A stretch of DNA of 62,545 nucleotides from Octopus sinensis (Eukaryota), in NCBI RefSeq assembly GCF_006345805.1, contig NW_021832243.1, positions 1-62,545 of the forward strand, written 5' to 3'. The notes under the pieces were generated by a model that saw nothing but the letters and a program-made list of their open reading frames with translations, searched no databases and had not been told where the DNA came from. The translations under genes were made by a program, and so were the position numbers. Numbering within the stretch: the stretch's first letter is position 1; every line of letters begins with the position of its first letter. Of the stretch, positions 28,471-41,639 are shown piece after piece.

Positions 28471-28568
28471 TAAGAAGAAGAAGAAGAAAAATCTTTCCTA
28501 CCCTAGGCACAAGGCCCGAAATTTGGGGGAGGGGGCCAGTCGATTAGATCGACCCCAGTACGCAATCA

Positions 28569-28642
<74 letters not shown>

Positions 28643-29289
28643 ATAATAATAATAATAATGATGATGATGATGATGATGGTTATGATGATGATGATGACAA
28701 TAATAATAATAGTAAGCAACAATGAGTATGTGTATGAGTGTATGTGTGCACGTGCGTGTTATCGTGAATTACTTTGCATGTAAACAGGTGTTTAAAAAAA
28801 CAGGTAGCAATAACATATCAACAGTGAGCAATTCTCCAATAATGAGGGGACGTTCCAGATATAATACTGATGGAAAAAAACAACAACCCATGACAAGGAT
28901 GATGTCGATGGCGATAACAACAACAACGACAACAACAACAACAACAGCAACAAAAACAACAACAACCAATGTCGAAGTAGGATGCTGCAGTTTCTGATTA
29001 CAGCTGTTATAGATTTTAAGAGCTGAGAGACACCGCTTTCTGGTGGCGTCCCGTCCATCAGATGACAGTTGGGATTCCATTCAACTAAACTGATCAAGCT
29101 TTTATCCATACTTTTCTCGACACATACATACGTTCACACATACATACATACATACATACATAGAATATATACTCATTTGTGCGCGTGTTTATATTTCTTA
29201 TGAAAAATAACTGAGCTGACATATAAGCATGACGAAGGTGTAAACGTTCTAGGTTAGTGTTTATTTTGTATTCTACTCGTCATGTTATA

Positions 29290-29299
29290 TGCGATATAT

Positions 29300-29376
<77 letters not shown>

Positions 29377-29442
29377 CATACACACACATAAATATATGCA
29401 TATATGTACATACATGTGTGTGTGTATGTGTCTATATATTTG

Positions 29443-29516
<74 letters not shown>

Positions 29517-29630
29517 CGTTCTAGTTTAGTGTTTATTTTGTATTCTACTTGTCATGTTATATGCTATATATATACATACATACATATACATCTATCTATC
29601 TATCTATCCATCTCTTTATCTATCCATCTT

Positions 29631-29663
<33 letters not shown>

Positions 29664-29775
29664 ACATACATACACACATATATATATATGTGTGTGTATA
29701 TACATATGTTATATGCAATTTATATATATATATATTTACAAGTATATATATTTACATGCATATATATATATATAT

Positions 29776-29836
<61 letters not shown>

Positions 29837-30010
29837 ATATATATGTTATATATATATATGTGTGTTTGTGTGATATGCATATATATACATATATATGTAT
29901 ATGTTATATATATGTTGTATATACATGTTATATATATATGTGTGTGTGTGTTGTGTGTTGTGTGTGTGTGTGTTGTGTGTGTGTGTGTGTGTGTGCGTGT
30001 GTGTGTGTGC
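29290..30010. repeat. Compound (TA)n/(TG)n/(TATC)n microsatellite
   Basis: Direct reading. Confidence 0.95.
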
Positions 30011-30578
30011 ATGATATGCCTATATACGTGATGGTTTTGTACTCTCTGCGTTGTTGCATTGCATTTGTGTCTACCAAGTGCGAAACGAGATTCCCATTTA
30101 TATTGAGTGGTGACAGGAAGAGGAGGAATCGGGAGAGAGAAAAAAAATGAGCTCTCTTTGAAGAGGAAGAAGATCTGGCTTTGCTGAAGAGGAACATCAT
30201 AAAATGAGAACAACAACAACAACAACAGCAGCGACAACAACAAAACCAGCGGCAGCAGCAACAACATCAGCTGCAATAACAAATACACCAACGAAACCAT
30301 TTACGAACGTCGAAAGCAAAGAACGAAACTAGCGCGCGCACACACACAACACACACACACACACACACACGACGCACGCATGCACACACACACACACTCA
30401 CTCACACACGCACATACGCACACGCACATACGCACACGCACATACGCACACGCACAGAGTCATTATGGTGACGACGATGAGGATGATGATGATTATGATA
30501 AACATTATCACCACAACCATCAAGAGCACTACTACTACCACTACCGCCACTATCACCATCACCGACACCACCACCACC

Positions 30579-30628
<50 letters not shown>

Positions 30629-30657
30629 GCCACTTCTACTGCTGCTGCGGCTGTTGA

Positions 30658-30699
<42 letters not shown>

Positions 30700-30936
30700 C
30701 ACTACTACAACAACAACAACAAGAATATAAAACGTGTTGCTTGTGTTAAATGTTTCCACGTTGAACAGTTGCGCCGTCTAACGTTAACACAGACAAACCA
30801 TCGATATTTCCAGAAGCAAGCCTCTCCACTGTTGTTTCAGAAAATATATCAACGTTACAAACACAGTCGCGATAAATATTATTTAGCCAACCACTGTTTT
30901 TATAATAGGATGTGACCGCTGTTAGATTTATTATGA

Positions 30937-31326
30937 GTGGAGGCGCAATGGCCCAGTGGTTAGGACAGCGGACTCGCGGTCATAGGATCGCGGTTTCGAT
31001 TCCCAGACCGGGCGTTGTGAGTGCTTATTGAGCGAAAACACCTAAAAACTCCATGAGGCTCCGGCAGGGGATGGTGGTGATCCCTGCTGTACTCTTTCAC
31101 CACAACTTTCTCTCACTCTTATTTCCTGTTTCTGTTGTACCTGTATTTCAAGGGAGCGGCCTTGTCGCTCTCTGTGTCACGCTGAATATCCCCGAGAACT
31201 ACGTTAAGGGTACACGTGTCTGTGGAGTGCTCAGCCACTTACACGTTAATTTCACGAGCAGGCTGTTCCGTTGATCGGATCAACCGGAACCCTCGTCGTC
31301 GTAACCGACGGAGTACTTCCATTCCA
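30937..31326 (+). mobile_element. SINE family 2, full length
   Basis: Homologous to 26805-27188. Probable TSD agatttattat at 30924-30934 and 31330-31340. Confidence 0.9.
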
Positions 31327-31532
31327 TCCAGATTTATTATAAGAGTGCAGCATTAAACGCTGTAAACTTGGCAGAAACGTCAGTGCGTCGAACAAAATGG
31401 CTTCGGGCGTTTCTTCCAGCTTTTTACGTTCTGAATTCAAATCCCGCTGCGGTCATCTTTGCCTTTCCTGCTTTCGGACAGGAGTCGATAGCATCGCCTG
31501 ACCCCCAGCTTCGAAGTTTTAGGTCATTACAA

Positions 31533-31655
31533 TTATGACGTTATGATGTCATAAGAGTAAATATCTTTATGACGTCATCATGTCATAAAATTCGTCACAG
31601 TTATGACGTATTGTAATCATCAGCTTTATTACAACTCTGACGTTATGATGTCATT
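31533..31655. repeat. 34-bp-period array of semi-palindromic TGACGT-containing repeats with divergent spacers
   Basis: TGACGT starts at 31536, 31570, 31604 and 31638. Confidence 0.7.
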
Positions 31656-31789
31656 GAGGGAAATTTGGCTGGTATTTCTGGTAGGTTGATCGACAACGCC
31701 TAGGCATCTATTTGATGTTCATGCTGTTGTTGGTGGTGGTGGTCGGGCTATTGTTAGTGTTACTATTGGTATTGTAGTTGTTGGTTAAA

Positions 31790-31975
31790 GGGCGGCGAAC
31801 TGGTAGAATCGTTAATTTTAATCCGTCTTTATGTTCTGAGTGCAAATTCCGCAGAGGTTGACTTCGTCTTTCATCCTTTCGGGGCCGATGAAATAAGTAC
31901 CAGTCACGCACTGGGGTCGATGTAACCGATTAGCCCGTCCCCATCACCTATATCAGGGCTTGTGCTTTGAGCAGA
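31790..31975 (+). mobile_element. SINE family 4
   Basis: ggcggcgaactggtagaatcgtt..ttcatcctttcggggccgatgaaataagtaccag. Confidence 0.75.
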
Positions 31976-31979
31976 AAGG

Positions 31980-32382
31980 TTTACTCTTTTACTCTTTTAC
32001 TTGTTTCAGTCATTTGACTGCGGCCATGCTGGAGCACCACCTTTAGTCGAGAAAATCGACCCCAGGACTTATTCTTTGTAAGCCCAGTACTTATTCTATC
32101 GGTCTCTTTTGCCGAACCGCTAAGTGACGGGGACGCAAACACGGTTGTCAAGCAATGCTAGGGGGACAAACACTGACACACAAACACACACACATACACA
32201 CACATATATATATATACATCTATACGACAGGCTTCTTTCAGTTTCCGTCTACCAAATCCACTCACAAGGCATTGGTCGGCCCGGAGCTATACCAGAAGAC
32301 ACTTGCCCAAGATGTCACGCAGTGGGACTGAAGCCGGAACCATGTGGTTGGTTAGCAAGCTACTTACCACACAGCCACTCCT
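31980..32382 (-). mobile_element. SINE family 1, full length
   Basis: Homologous to 1939-2348. Confidence 0.9.
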
Positions 32383-33787
32383 GTTTTGTGGTTGTTGGTT
32401 GCGTTAGTGCCGCTGCTGCTGTTTTCATTGGTTTAGTTATTCCTGTTGTTGTAGTTGTTGGTTTGGTGATTTATCAGTGTTATTGTTCTTACTCTTTTTA
32501 TCGCTGGTCACCAATTTTTATAGTCACGTTTTGTTACTGTTTGTGTAACACTACTTTTATATGTTTCCTATTAGGAAATAGATAATAGATATTTTACTTT
32601 TGAAGTAGGAATATAAATTTATAAACACGTCACTTATAACTTACTTATAAGTGTTATCATAATACATAAATCCTAAATCCAGCAACATAAACGCCATAGC
32701 GAGAAATATATATATACTCTGAAAAGCTAACGGACATTTTATGGGTGCATATATGTTGAAAATAAATATATTCGTTTAAATTTATTGAAGATAAATAAAA
32801 CCGCTATAAAAAATAGTTTCATAATTGCAGAAATAAATTTCATTAACAAGTTGAAGAACGCGAAGAAAGAGAAAATAAATACTAGATTATTTTATTCATG
32901 TACATTTAGCATTTATAGTACAATTGGAAAGTAAAGTCATTTTGTCGTAGAGAATTACGACTTAAAATTCACACTAGCTAATCTTTCATACTAACTAAAG
33001 TTCACAACAATTCAAATAAGTCTTGTCGGATTTTTATCATAGACATAGCATAAAAAATAGCCAATATCTCAATGAGTGAATGTCGTGGAGTTTTGTAACA
33101 TCTAACGAAGACTGATTAATTTCCCCCAAATCAGGGTTTTTATAACTGCTCATACCTGAATTCTAAGAACCGTATTTCGTGAAAGAATTCTCTTTGACGA
33201 CAGTTTAAAATTCAAATTTGAATTCTAAACTTTTCTATATGCTGCCTTCAGAACGATTTGAATTCAGAACATAATTTTAACCACTGGAATCACCTTTAAT
33301 TATGCTTGTTCGAGCAAACGACCATTAAGTCATATTGCCACCTTTTATGACTTGTTACACTCTTTTCGGTGTTGTTGTTGTTGTTGGTCTTTATACTATT
33401 GCAGTAGTTGTTTCTTCTGTTGATGTTGATGCTGTTGTTGTTGTTGTTGTTGTTGTGTCTGTTCAAGAAGACACAGTGTAATGCAATGCAACTTAAAAAT
33501 AATAATTATTGTTTACATAAAGTTTGGAAAATGCAATTAGACGAAACAAGGAAAGTGTTGAAATAAAATTAACGGAACAAAGACGCGAACCATCTCCAAT
33601 TACTTGATTCTATTCGTAATCCAATAAAGTCAATTACTATTGTGAGAGATAAGTTTGCTTGGCGAGCTTCTAATCCGGACGAAAGACACGGCCATAATGG
33701 AATGATAGAATCACTTACATGTCCTATTGTGCGAGTGACCAGCGGTGAGGGAAGGAAGCGCGATGTATCGTGGATCAGTTGGCATAC

Positions 33788-33829
<42 letters not shown>

Positions 33830-36640
33830 GTCAGAGCTAGGATGCGTGCTCTAAGGAACGAAGGTGTTGGAGCCGCGAGAGAGGCCCGGGTGGCAGAGGC
33901 GCAACAGGGCAACAAAGCCACCATTCGGTCACTGGTAGATGAACAGGGGCGCGAATTGCTCGAGCCAAGTAAAATGTGTGAGGCCTTTCAGCAGCATTTT
34001 GCCCGACTGTTCGGGACGAGTGGAGGGCAAGAACGTAGGGTAGACTTCAGTGCCTACCTACATAGCCTGCCACGACTCTCGACAAGAAAGGCAGGGTGCT
34101 GCTAAGGTGCCATCACGGCGGCGGAAGTGCGGGAAGCGATGGCAGAATGCTCGAGGGACAAATCCACCGGGTTGGATGGTCTACCCTACGAATTTTACTA
34201 TTGTATGCCAGACTTGTTTGGAGACGTCTTGGCAGCGGTATACTGCAACTGGCAGCAAAACGGGAGCATACCCGGTTTTGTGAGTCGAGGAGCTGTAACT
34301 CTGCTGAAGAAAGATCCAAACAAGGGAAACATTATAGATAACTTTAGGCCAATCACTCTGCTCAATGCAGACCTGAAAATTTTGACAAAGGTGTTAGCCA
34401 AGAGGTTGGCGCTTGTCATGGAGAAACTGGTCGACAACGCACAAACGTGCGCCGTGCCGGGCCGGAGCATCCATGACAACCTCCATCTGATGCGCTACAT
34501 CATAGACAGGGTAGTTAACGAACCTGGCATGGGTGGGGCCCTGATCAACTTGGATCATCGAAAGCCTTTGATAGGGTAGACCATCGATACTTGGAGGCAG
34601 TCCTGAGAGCGGCTGGTTTCGGTCCCGTCTTCCGCGGCTGGATAGCTGCCTTGTACAGAGGCATCCGTTCGGTAATTCGCGTAAATGGACATCTATCGAG
34701 ACCCTTCGACATTGCACGTTCGGTCCGTCAGGGATGCCCCCTCTCGGCGCTTCTATACGTATTGACTCTTGAGCCACTACTGCGGAAGCTGGCGACGCTG
34801 AGGGGCATCCCGCGAGAATTAGGATGCGGGACGAGCGTGTCTGCATACGCGGACGACGTCACCGTCATAGTGTCAAGCCACGAGCACATCGAGCGGGTCG
34901 GCGAGACACTGAAAGACTACGAAGCGGTGACAGGAGCAAAAATCAACCGGAAAAGTCAGTGGGCTTGCGGCTCGGCACCTGGAGAAGCAAACCATGCCGT
35001 CCACCAGTACCTCCGTCGTGGGACGCTGGACAGACGGCCCGGTTGAGTTGCTCGGGGTCTGGTTCGGTCCGGACCTCCAAATGGAGAAGAACTGGAACGA
35101 GATAACGAGTAGGGTGGTCACTCTCGCCCAGCAATGGGCCGAGAGGAAACTGTCCCTAAAAGGTCGGGCGGAGGTGGTGAACGCATACATCGCGTCCATC
35201 ATCTACTACCGCCTGACCGTCGTACCTTGTCCCGACCCTACCATCACCAAACTAGAACGCATCCTCTTCCGCTTCTTGTGGAAAGGATGCGTCCCGATGG
35301 TCAGGCGATCCATTTGCTGTCAACACCCGTTAAAAGGAGGGCTGGGCATGCCGTGGTTGATGATGCGCAGACACGCGCTGAGACTGCGACATCTCCGGCT
35401 CTATGTAGACGACGGTGAACAGGTGTGGTCGCCGTTTGTGAGGCACGCTTCCCTCCCGCAACTCGTCTCCATGACCGAACTACAGTCGTGGATCAAAAAG
35501 AGGCCGAAGAAGGGCGAATGGCACCGCGAGTGTCGCGTTGCTCTCAAGCAACTCTGCCGTCCCGGGTCGACCTTGAGTGACTTCAACACAACCAAGCATT
35601 CTATAGGGGATTAGTGGAGGGGAGGTACGACGACGAGCTCGGGGCAAACCTGGGCGTCGACGAGGAATACCTGACCCGCCTGTTTCAAACGACTTTCGGC
35701 TCGGGACCTATGGACAACTTCCAGAGATCCCTGGCCTGGCGGTGCTACCGAGAAGCGCTACCCGTTCGGGATAAGCTCTATAGGCATGGCTCGAGAAACA
35801 CGGGGCCGACCTGCCCGAGATGCGGTCAGAGCGACGAAACCGCTCTGCACGCAATCGTGCAGTGTCCAGCAATTTCCCACCTGTGGGCTTATGTCGAACG
35901 ACTGCTGTCACGTGTGGGACGTGTCGGTTTATCCGCCGAGTCTATCGTTAATATCGTCACGCCTCCTTCCTTCAAACGGGAAGGAAGAGCTATTTTTATC
36001 ATACTTGTGGCTATGGCGAAAGAATGTATCTGGTGGACGCGTCTGAAAGGATTAGAGACAAACACTTTCCTCTCTGGTCAATCTCTCATCAACTTCTTCA
36101 AGTATCACTTGAAGAAAAAAGTGAGAGTAGAGAGGCAAGTTTTGTCTAGTGAATGTTTTAAAAAAAGATGGGTGAATGTAGCAAGGATGGCACGTATGAA
36201 TGACGAAGCCACCTTGACTATGATTCTATGAACCGTAAAATTAATACAGAGAGTTGCTTATTTGCAAAAAAAAAAAAAGAAATATAACATGTGACTTCAT
36301 TGACCGAGGTTACCGTGGTCTTTTCCGTAGGCTTTTCTTTCCACGGGTAAACCTCACCTGTCCTCCCCTTTACACTTCATATTGACATTTCTGTGATAAC
36401 AATCCCTATTGATCAATTTTTTTTCCTCTCCCCCCTTTTTTTTAACCCTCCCCTTTTTTGTCCTCTTTCTCTCCTTTTACGATCCCTTTTGATCGACCCC
36501 CCCTTTTTTATTTTATTTTATTTTTTATTTTATTATTATTATTATTATTTTTTAATTTTTTTTTTTAAACCTTCAAAAGAAAAGCTCTACCTTGTAATTT
36601 GTTCTATCTGTGTGCAGCCCTGTGTGGCTAATAAAGAAAC
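33830..36640 (+). mobile_element. 5'-truncated Tx1-clade (L1 superfamily) LINE, ORF2 RT plus C-terminal zinc finger, frameshifted
   Basis: STGLDGLPYEFY, FRPITLLNADLKILTKVLAKRL, QTCAVPGRSI, VRQGCPLS, AYADDVT, GAKIN, LGVWFG, LSLKGR, GGLG, CPRCGQSDETALHAIVQC. Stop at 36231, then a pyrimidine-rich 3' UTR ending aataaagaaac. Confidence 0.9.
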
Positions 36641-36671
36641 ATATCTATCCATCCATCCATCCATCTATCTG

Positions 36672-36713
<42 letters not shown>

Positions 36714-36722
36714 CATCCATCC

Positions 36723-36778
<56 letters not shown>

Positions 36779-36848
36779 GTCTGTCTGTCTGTCTGTCTGT
36801 CTGTACCTGTTTGTCTATTTATCAATCTGCCTGTATGTCTATCTGTCC

Positions 36849-36894
<46 letters not shown>

Positions 36895-37250
36895 GTGTCT
36901 ATCTGTGTGTCTGTGTCTGTCTGTCTGTCTGTCTGTCCTCTCTCTCTTTCTCTCTGTTAATCAATCTATCTATCTAACTGTCTATCTACCTGTCTCTCTT
37001 TTTGTTTCTCTCTTTGTCTGTCTGTCTGTCTCTCTCTCTTTCTCTCCCCCTCTATCTATCTGTCTATATATCCATTCCTTTAATCCATCCATCCATGTAT
37101 GTATGTATGTATGTATGTATGTATTATGTATGTATGTATGTACGTATGTACGTATGTATGTATGTATGTATGTATGTATGTATGTATGTATGTATGTATG
37201 TATGTATGTATATATGTATGCATGTATGTATGTATGTATGTATGTACATA
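36641..37250. repeat. (TATC)n/(TGTC)n/(TATG)n microsatellite
   Basis: Direct reading. Confidence 0.95.
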
Positions 37251-37549
37251 CGTGCGTATGAACGACGTACGTACGTATATAGGTGTATATATATGTATAA
37301 ATCGATGTCAATAAACCAACCAATCAATCAATCACTCTATCTATCGATCTCTCTATCTCTTCATAGATACATATACAAACACTCCTGCGCGTACACAAAC
37401 ACGTAGACACAGACAGACACACACACATACATGTGCACGCACCCACACCCACACACATATTCTGATGCACACGTACACACACATATGTAAAGTATTTATG
37501 TATCTACGGCTGTATTTATGGATGGATGTTTAGATACGTCAATGTATAG

Positions 37550-37931
37550 TGGAAGCACTCCGTCGGTTACGACGACGAGGGTTCCGGTTGATCCGATCAA
37601 CGGAACAGCCTGCTCGTGAAATTAATGTGTAAGTGGCTGAGCACTCCACAGACACGTGTACCCTTAACGTAGTTCTCGGAGATATTCAGCGTGACACAGG
37701 GAGTGACAAGGCCGGCCCTTTAAAATACAGGTACAACAGAAACAGGAAGTAAGAGTGAGAGAAAGTTGTGGTGAAAGAGTACAGCAGGGATTACCACCAT
37801 CCCTGCCGGAGCCTCGTGAAGCTTTAGGTGTTTTCGCTCAATAAACACTCACAACGCCTGGTTTGGGAATCGAAACCGCGATCCTATGACCGCGAGTCCG
37901 CTGCCCTAACCACTGGGCCATTGCGCCTCCT
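37550..37931 (-). mobile_element. SINE family 2 with an 11-bp TSD
   Basis: TSD tcaatgtatag at 37539-37549 and 37932-37942. Confidence 0.9.
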
Positions 37932-37989
37932 TCAATGTATAGACTCGTGTCTACAATGCATTCTTTCTGATACTCTGAGTGAGATGATG

Positions 37990-38760
37990 AATACATCATG
38001 GACACACACGCAAGCCACTGCTGTGATGGAATACGAAATATTGCTCCACTTCCAAGAAAAGGACAGAAGGGAATTAAGAAATACAAAGTAACTTCAAAAC
38101 ATGATATGATATTCCATCAATCAAAGAGACCCTCAAACACAAAGTATCAGAAGATTCGAAAAACGAAACGGGTTTTACAGGCCAAAGAATATGTTTATGT
38201 CAGGTGCAAAAAGGTTTTGCAGGGAAATTGGGACACAGACAATTCAGGTAAAGTAACCGCCTTAAATTCATGAGATTGTAGAATTTTGGAAAACAGTATG
38301 GAATACAGAAAAATTCCATAATGTGATTGCAGAATGGATGAAGAACGCGGAGAAAATATTCAATAATTTAGAAAGACAGACTTGACAAGACATAACTATG
38401 GAAGAACTTGAGTTATCACTAAAGGAAGCCAACAAATGGAAATCACCTGGCATTGATAAAGTGCCAAACCTTTGATTATCGTCGCTTACAGCTAGCCATA
38501 ATATGTTACTAAAATGTTTTACGAAATTATGCACAACCCCGAGAAAACTCCTGGCTGGTTTGAACAAGGTATAACGTAGTTCTTGTCCAGAAACATATAT
38601 TCCGCCCGCCAAGAAACTATTGTCTCATCATCTGCTTCTCCACATCATACAAATTTCTCAACACAATTTTGTCTCACCTACAAATTTATGAACAAAAATC
38701 ATCTTTTCCCTATTGAGCAGAAAGGTTACCGTCATTGGTCTTACAACTGCGAAAACCAAA
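37990..38760 (+). mobile_element. Old R4/Dong-like RT-region fragment
   Basis: LKEANKWKSPGIDKVPN, NPEKTPGWFEQG and NHLFPIEQKG (compare EQKGCRKGSYGCKDQL). Confidence 0.7.
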
Positions 38761-39059
38761 AAGCTTAAATGTAAAAAATCCATGGATGGATGGATTAAAG
38801 GAATGGATATATAGACAGATAGAGAGAGGGAGAGAGAAAGAGAGAGAGAGACAGACAAAGAGAGAGACAGATAGATAGATAGTTAGTAAAAAGATAAAAG
38901 AGTTCTTCTCCTTAGACCTTAAATGATGAGGCTGGAAAGGTGAGGAATAGGCGGCATTTTCCAATTGTTTAAAATATATTTATACATATGCATGCAGTGA
39001 CTGAACATTTCTGACCTAGAGTTCAATAGAGAGTTAGGGATCTTAGATCTGAACAGGAT

Positions 39060-39440
39060 CTGCGCCCTTTCAGCCAAACAAAGCCTACATTTCCTCGATC
39101 AATTCACATAAGGTATGGATTTCTCAATTACTTTCCATTTAATAATATGCGGTGTTTCGTTATCTTTCAAAGTCCATACGTAGCTAGCCAACTTAGTAGC
39201 ATTACTTTTGTCCGTGATGGACATAGCGATTTTAAAATTTACTTTCACATATATAGGTCTTCTTATCAGTTCTAATATTCTTTGGGGCTGCAGTAACTTC
39301 TGCCTCGTATATGATTGCTTTAATTATACATCGTTGGTCAAGTGGACAGGATCCTGGGTCACGACAGTTGTAACTGGATTTAGGCTATTGGTACTGACCA
39401 CGTGTAATGATGCTCTTCATAGGTATATGATAATTTCACA
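39060..39440 (-). mobile_element. Penelope-like GIY-YIG endonuclease fragment
   Basis: NCRDPGSCPLDQRCIIKAIIYEAEV..KTYI..TKLASYVWTLKDNETPHIIKWKVIEKSIP. Confidence 0.75.
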
Positions 39441-39835
39441 GAACGCCTATTAAATATTTTCCTATATCTGTGAGTTGTGGAAAGTGTTCGCCTAGGAGAC
39501 ACAAGAATATTTTACCTATGTTAGTTTTTATATCAAATGAAAAGTGAGGGGCGAAACAAATACTTTTCCTTGGCATATTTTTAGGTTTCTTATTATTCTG
39601 CTGTCGTTTTCCGTTTTACGTTTTCCGTTGTTTATTTTCTGCGTTTTCTATATACTGCCTTCGCAGTTTTTCGCGTTTCTTCTATTATTCACTTTTTTAG
39701 TTCGTTATGATATGTGGTTTGAGTCTAAAGAATATGTTTGAGTTTTCTCAACATATAAAATTATTTGAAGCGCTTTAATACATGTATTGTGTCCATTAAG
39801 TAATATATATATATATATATATATATATAAAGAAA

Positions 39836-39925
39836 CACTCTGTCGGTTACGACGACGCGGGTCCCAGCTGATACGATCAACAGAACAGTTTGCTCGTAAA
39901 GTTAACGTGCAAGTGGCTGAGCACA
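39836..39925 (-). mobile_element. SINE family 2, 3' fragment
   Basis: Homologous to the tail of 37550-37640. Confidence 0.7.
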
Positions 39926-39929
39926 TCAG

Positions 39930-40739
39930 CACATCTGAGTATGCTTGATCCTCACGAAGACAACGAGTTCAGAAAAGCACATTTTGATTTAGTCTCCTGC
40001 AAAGTATTCGCCTTGGGAGTCTACACACTTCTGTTAGCGTTCCTGTCACTGATGGAAACATTTCTGGAAATCACTTTTTGGGATGCTGTAGAGCTGAGCG
40101 GTCGAATTTTGTCACACGGAGCCAAGTTTGGGGAGTAGGAAGCTTGGCGAACAAGTGGTGTGGTTTGCTTGACGAGGAATGCTTGGACGACGTGGGCGGA
40201 ATGGGCGGTTGCGTTGTCATGGTGGAGTTTCTAGTTCTTTGCTTCACACAGATCGGGTCGTTTTCGCCGCACAGCTCCACGAAGGCGACGAAGAACCTTT
40301 GCAATCATTTCGTCGTTTCTGCTAGTCAATAGTCTACTACAACGTGGCTCACTGTCCACTGATGTGCGGCCATCTTTCAATCGGTTGTACCACTCCTTTA
40401 TTTGTGTTTATCCCATAGCACCATCTCCAGAGGCCTTCTGAATATTCTCGATGGCCTGGGCTTGCGTATCACCAAGTGTTCGTCAGAATTTGATACAGTA
40501 TCTCTGCTCAATACACTCGGTCATCTTGACTCAAAGAAAAATCACGCAGAACACTCTTCACGTTTGTACTCAAAGCATCACTGTGGCGAATGGCACAACC
40601 TACAGATATGAAAATTTTTGCGCATGCTCAGGAAGGACGCGGCCACCTAATACCCATGCGAATTTTGCTCACACATTATTATTTTGTGCAAAAACAAGAT
40701 CCAAAATCAAGGCCGGATACTTCTTGGCCACACCTCGTA
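39930..40739 (-). mobile_element. Internally deleted mariner
   Basis: 5' TIR tacgaggtgtggccaagaagtatccgg; MTECIEQRYCIKF..EWYNRLKDGRTSVD; LHHDNATAHSAHVVQAFL..YSPNLAPCD. Confidence 0.85.
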
Positions 40740-41577
40740 TCCACTGGTTTCGCTGAGTTTCCCGAGGTTAGATGTGACCATTTTTTAGTCAATGAAGAGT
40801 GGTAGAATAACAAAGAGTGACTTACAAAGCACTACAGCAGCTTAAAAGTCAGAAAGGCGGGGATACTGTACTCCTACTCCTGAGATATCAGGTTAAAGAA
40901 CGTTTCAAAATATTTCCAAAAACTGGTGGTATTTGTTGATAAATAGAAATCACATTTAGCAGCTAATTGATGCAATGTTTAAATATAGAGATGTCACGAG
41001 AAATCTTGCAACATCACGAAATAAACCGCAACCTAAAACATGCTTATTGTTTGAATTGTGAGACGAGAGTATAGGAGAGCGGAGTCACAGCGAGAGTCAT
41101 TATCTCCCGTTAATATAAGATAGTTTTAAGAGATAGAGAGGAAGGATGAGGGTAGGATTTAAAAGAGACAATAGCAGAAAACATTCATGTATCGTCAATA
41201 GAAAGATTTTATTGATATCTTATGATTAATATATTAAGTTATGAATTAGTGCCTAGCAACCTTTGACACTGTTCGTCATTTCGTCGTAATGAAAGCGGAA
41301 ATATTGTGAACTTAGTAGATCTTCGTCTTCGACAGGTTCACGTTAAATGGATTTTACTCAAAGATGCAAAGATCGCATGATGTATTAATTAATACATGAA
41401 TATTTACACCCCCACACACGCACGCACACACAGATGCACGCACGCAAGGGTGCGCATATACATATGTAAGTGCACCTCACATAGTAAACATGTAAGTATA
41501 TGCATATATGTCTATGTGTGTATATATATGTGTATGTGTGTTTATATATATATATGTAATATATATATATTATATTT

Positions 41578-41627
<50 letters not shown>

Positions 41628-41639
41628 TATATATATATA

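Noticed and set aside
31533-31655. CRISPR array
   Set aside because: Only four units, 13-14-bp spacers, degenerate repeats, eukaryotic context and no cas genes. Kept as a finding under another interpretation.
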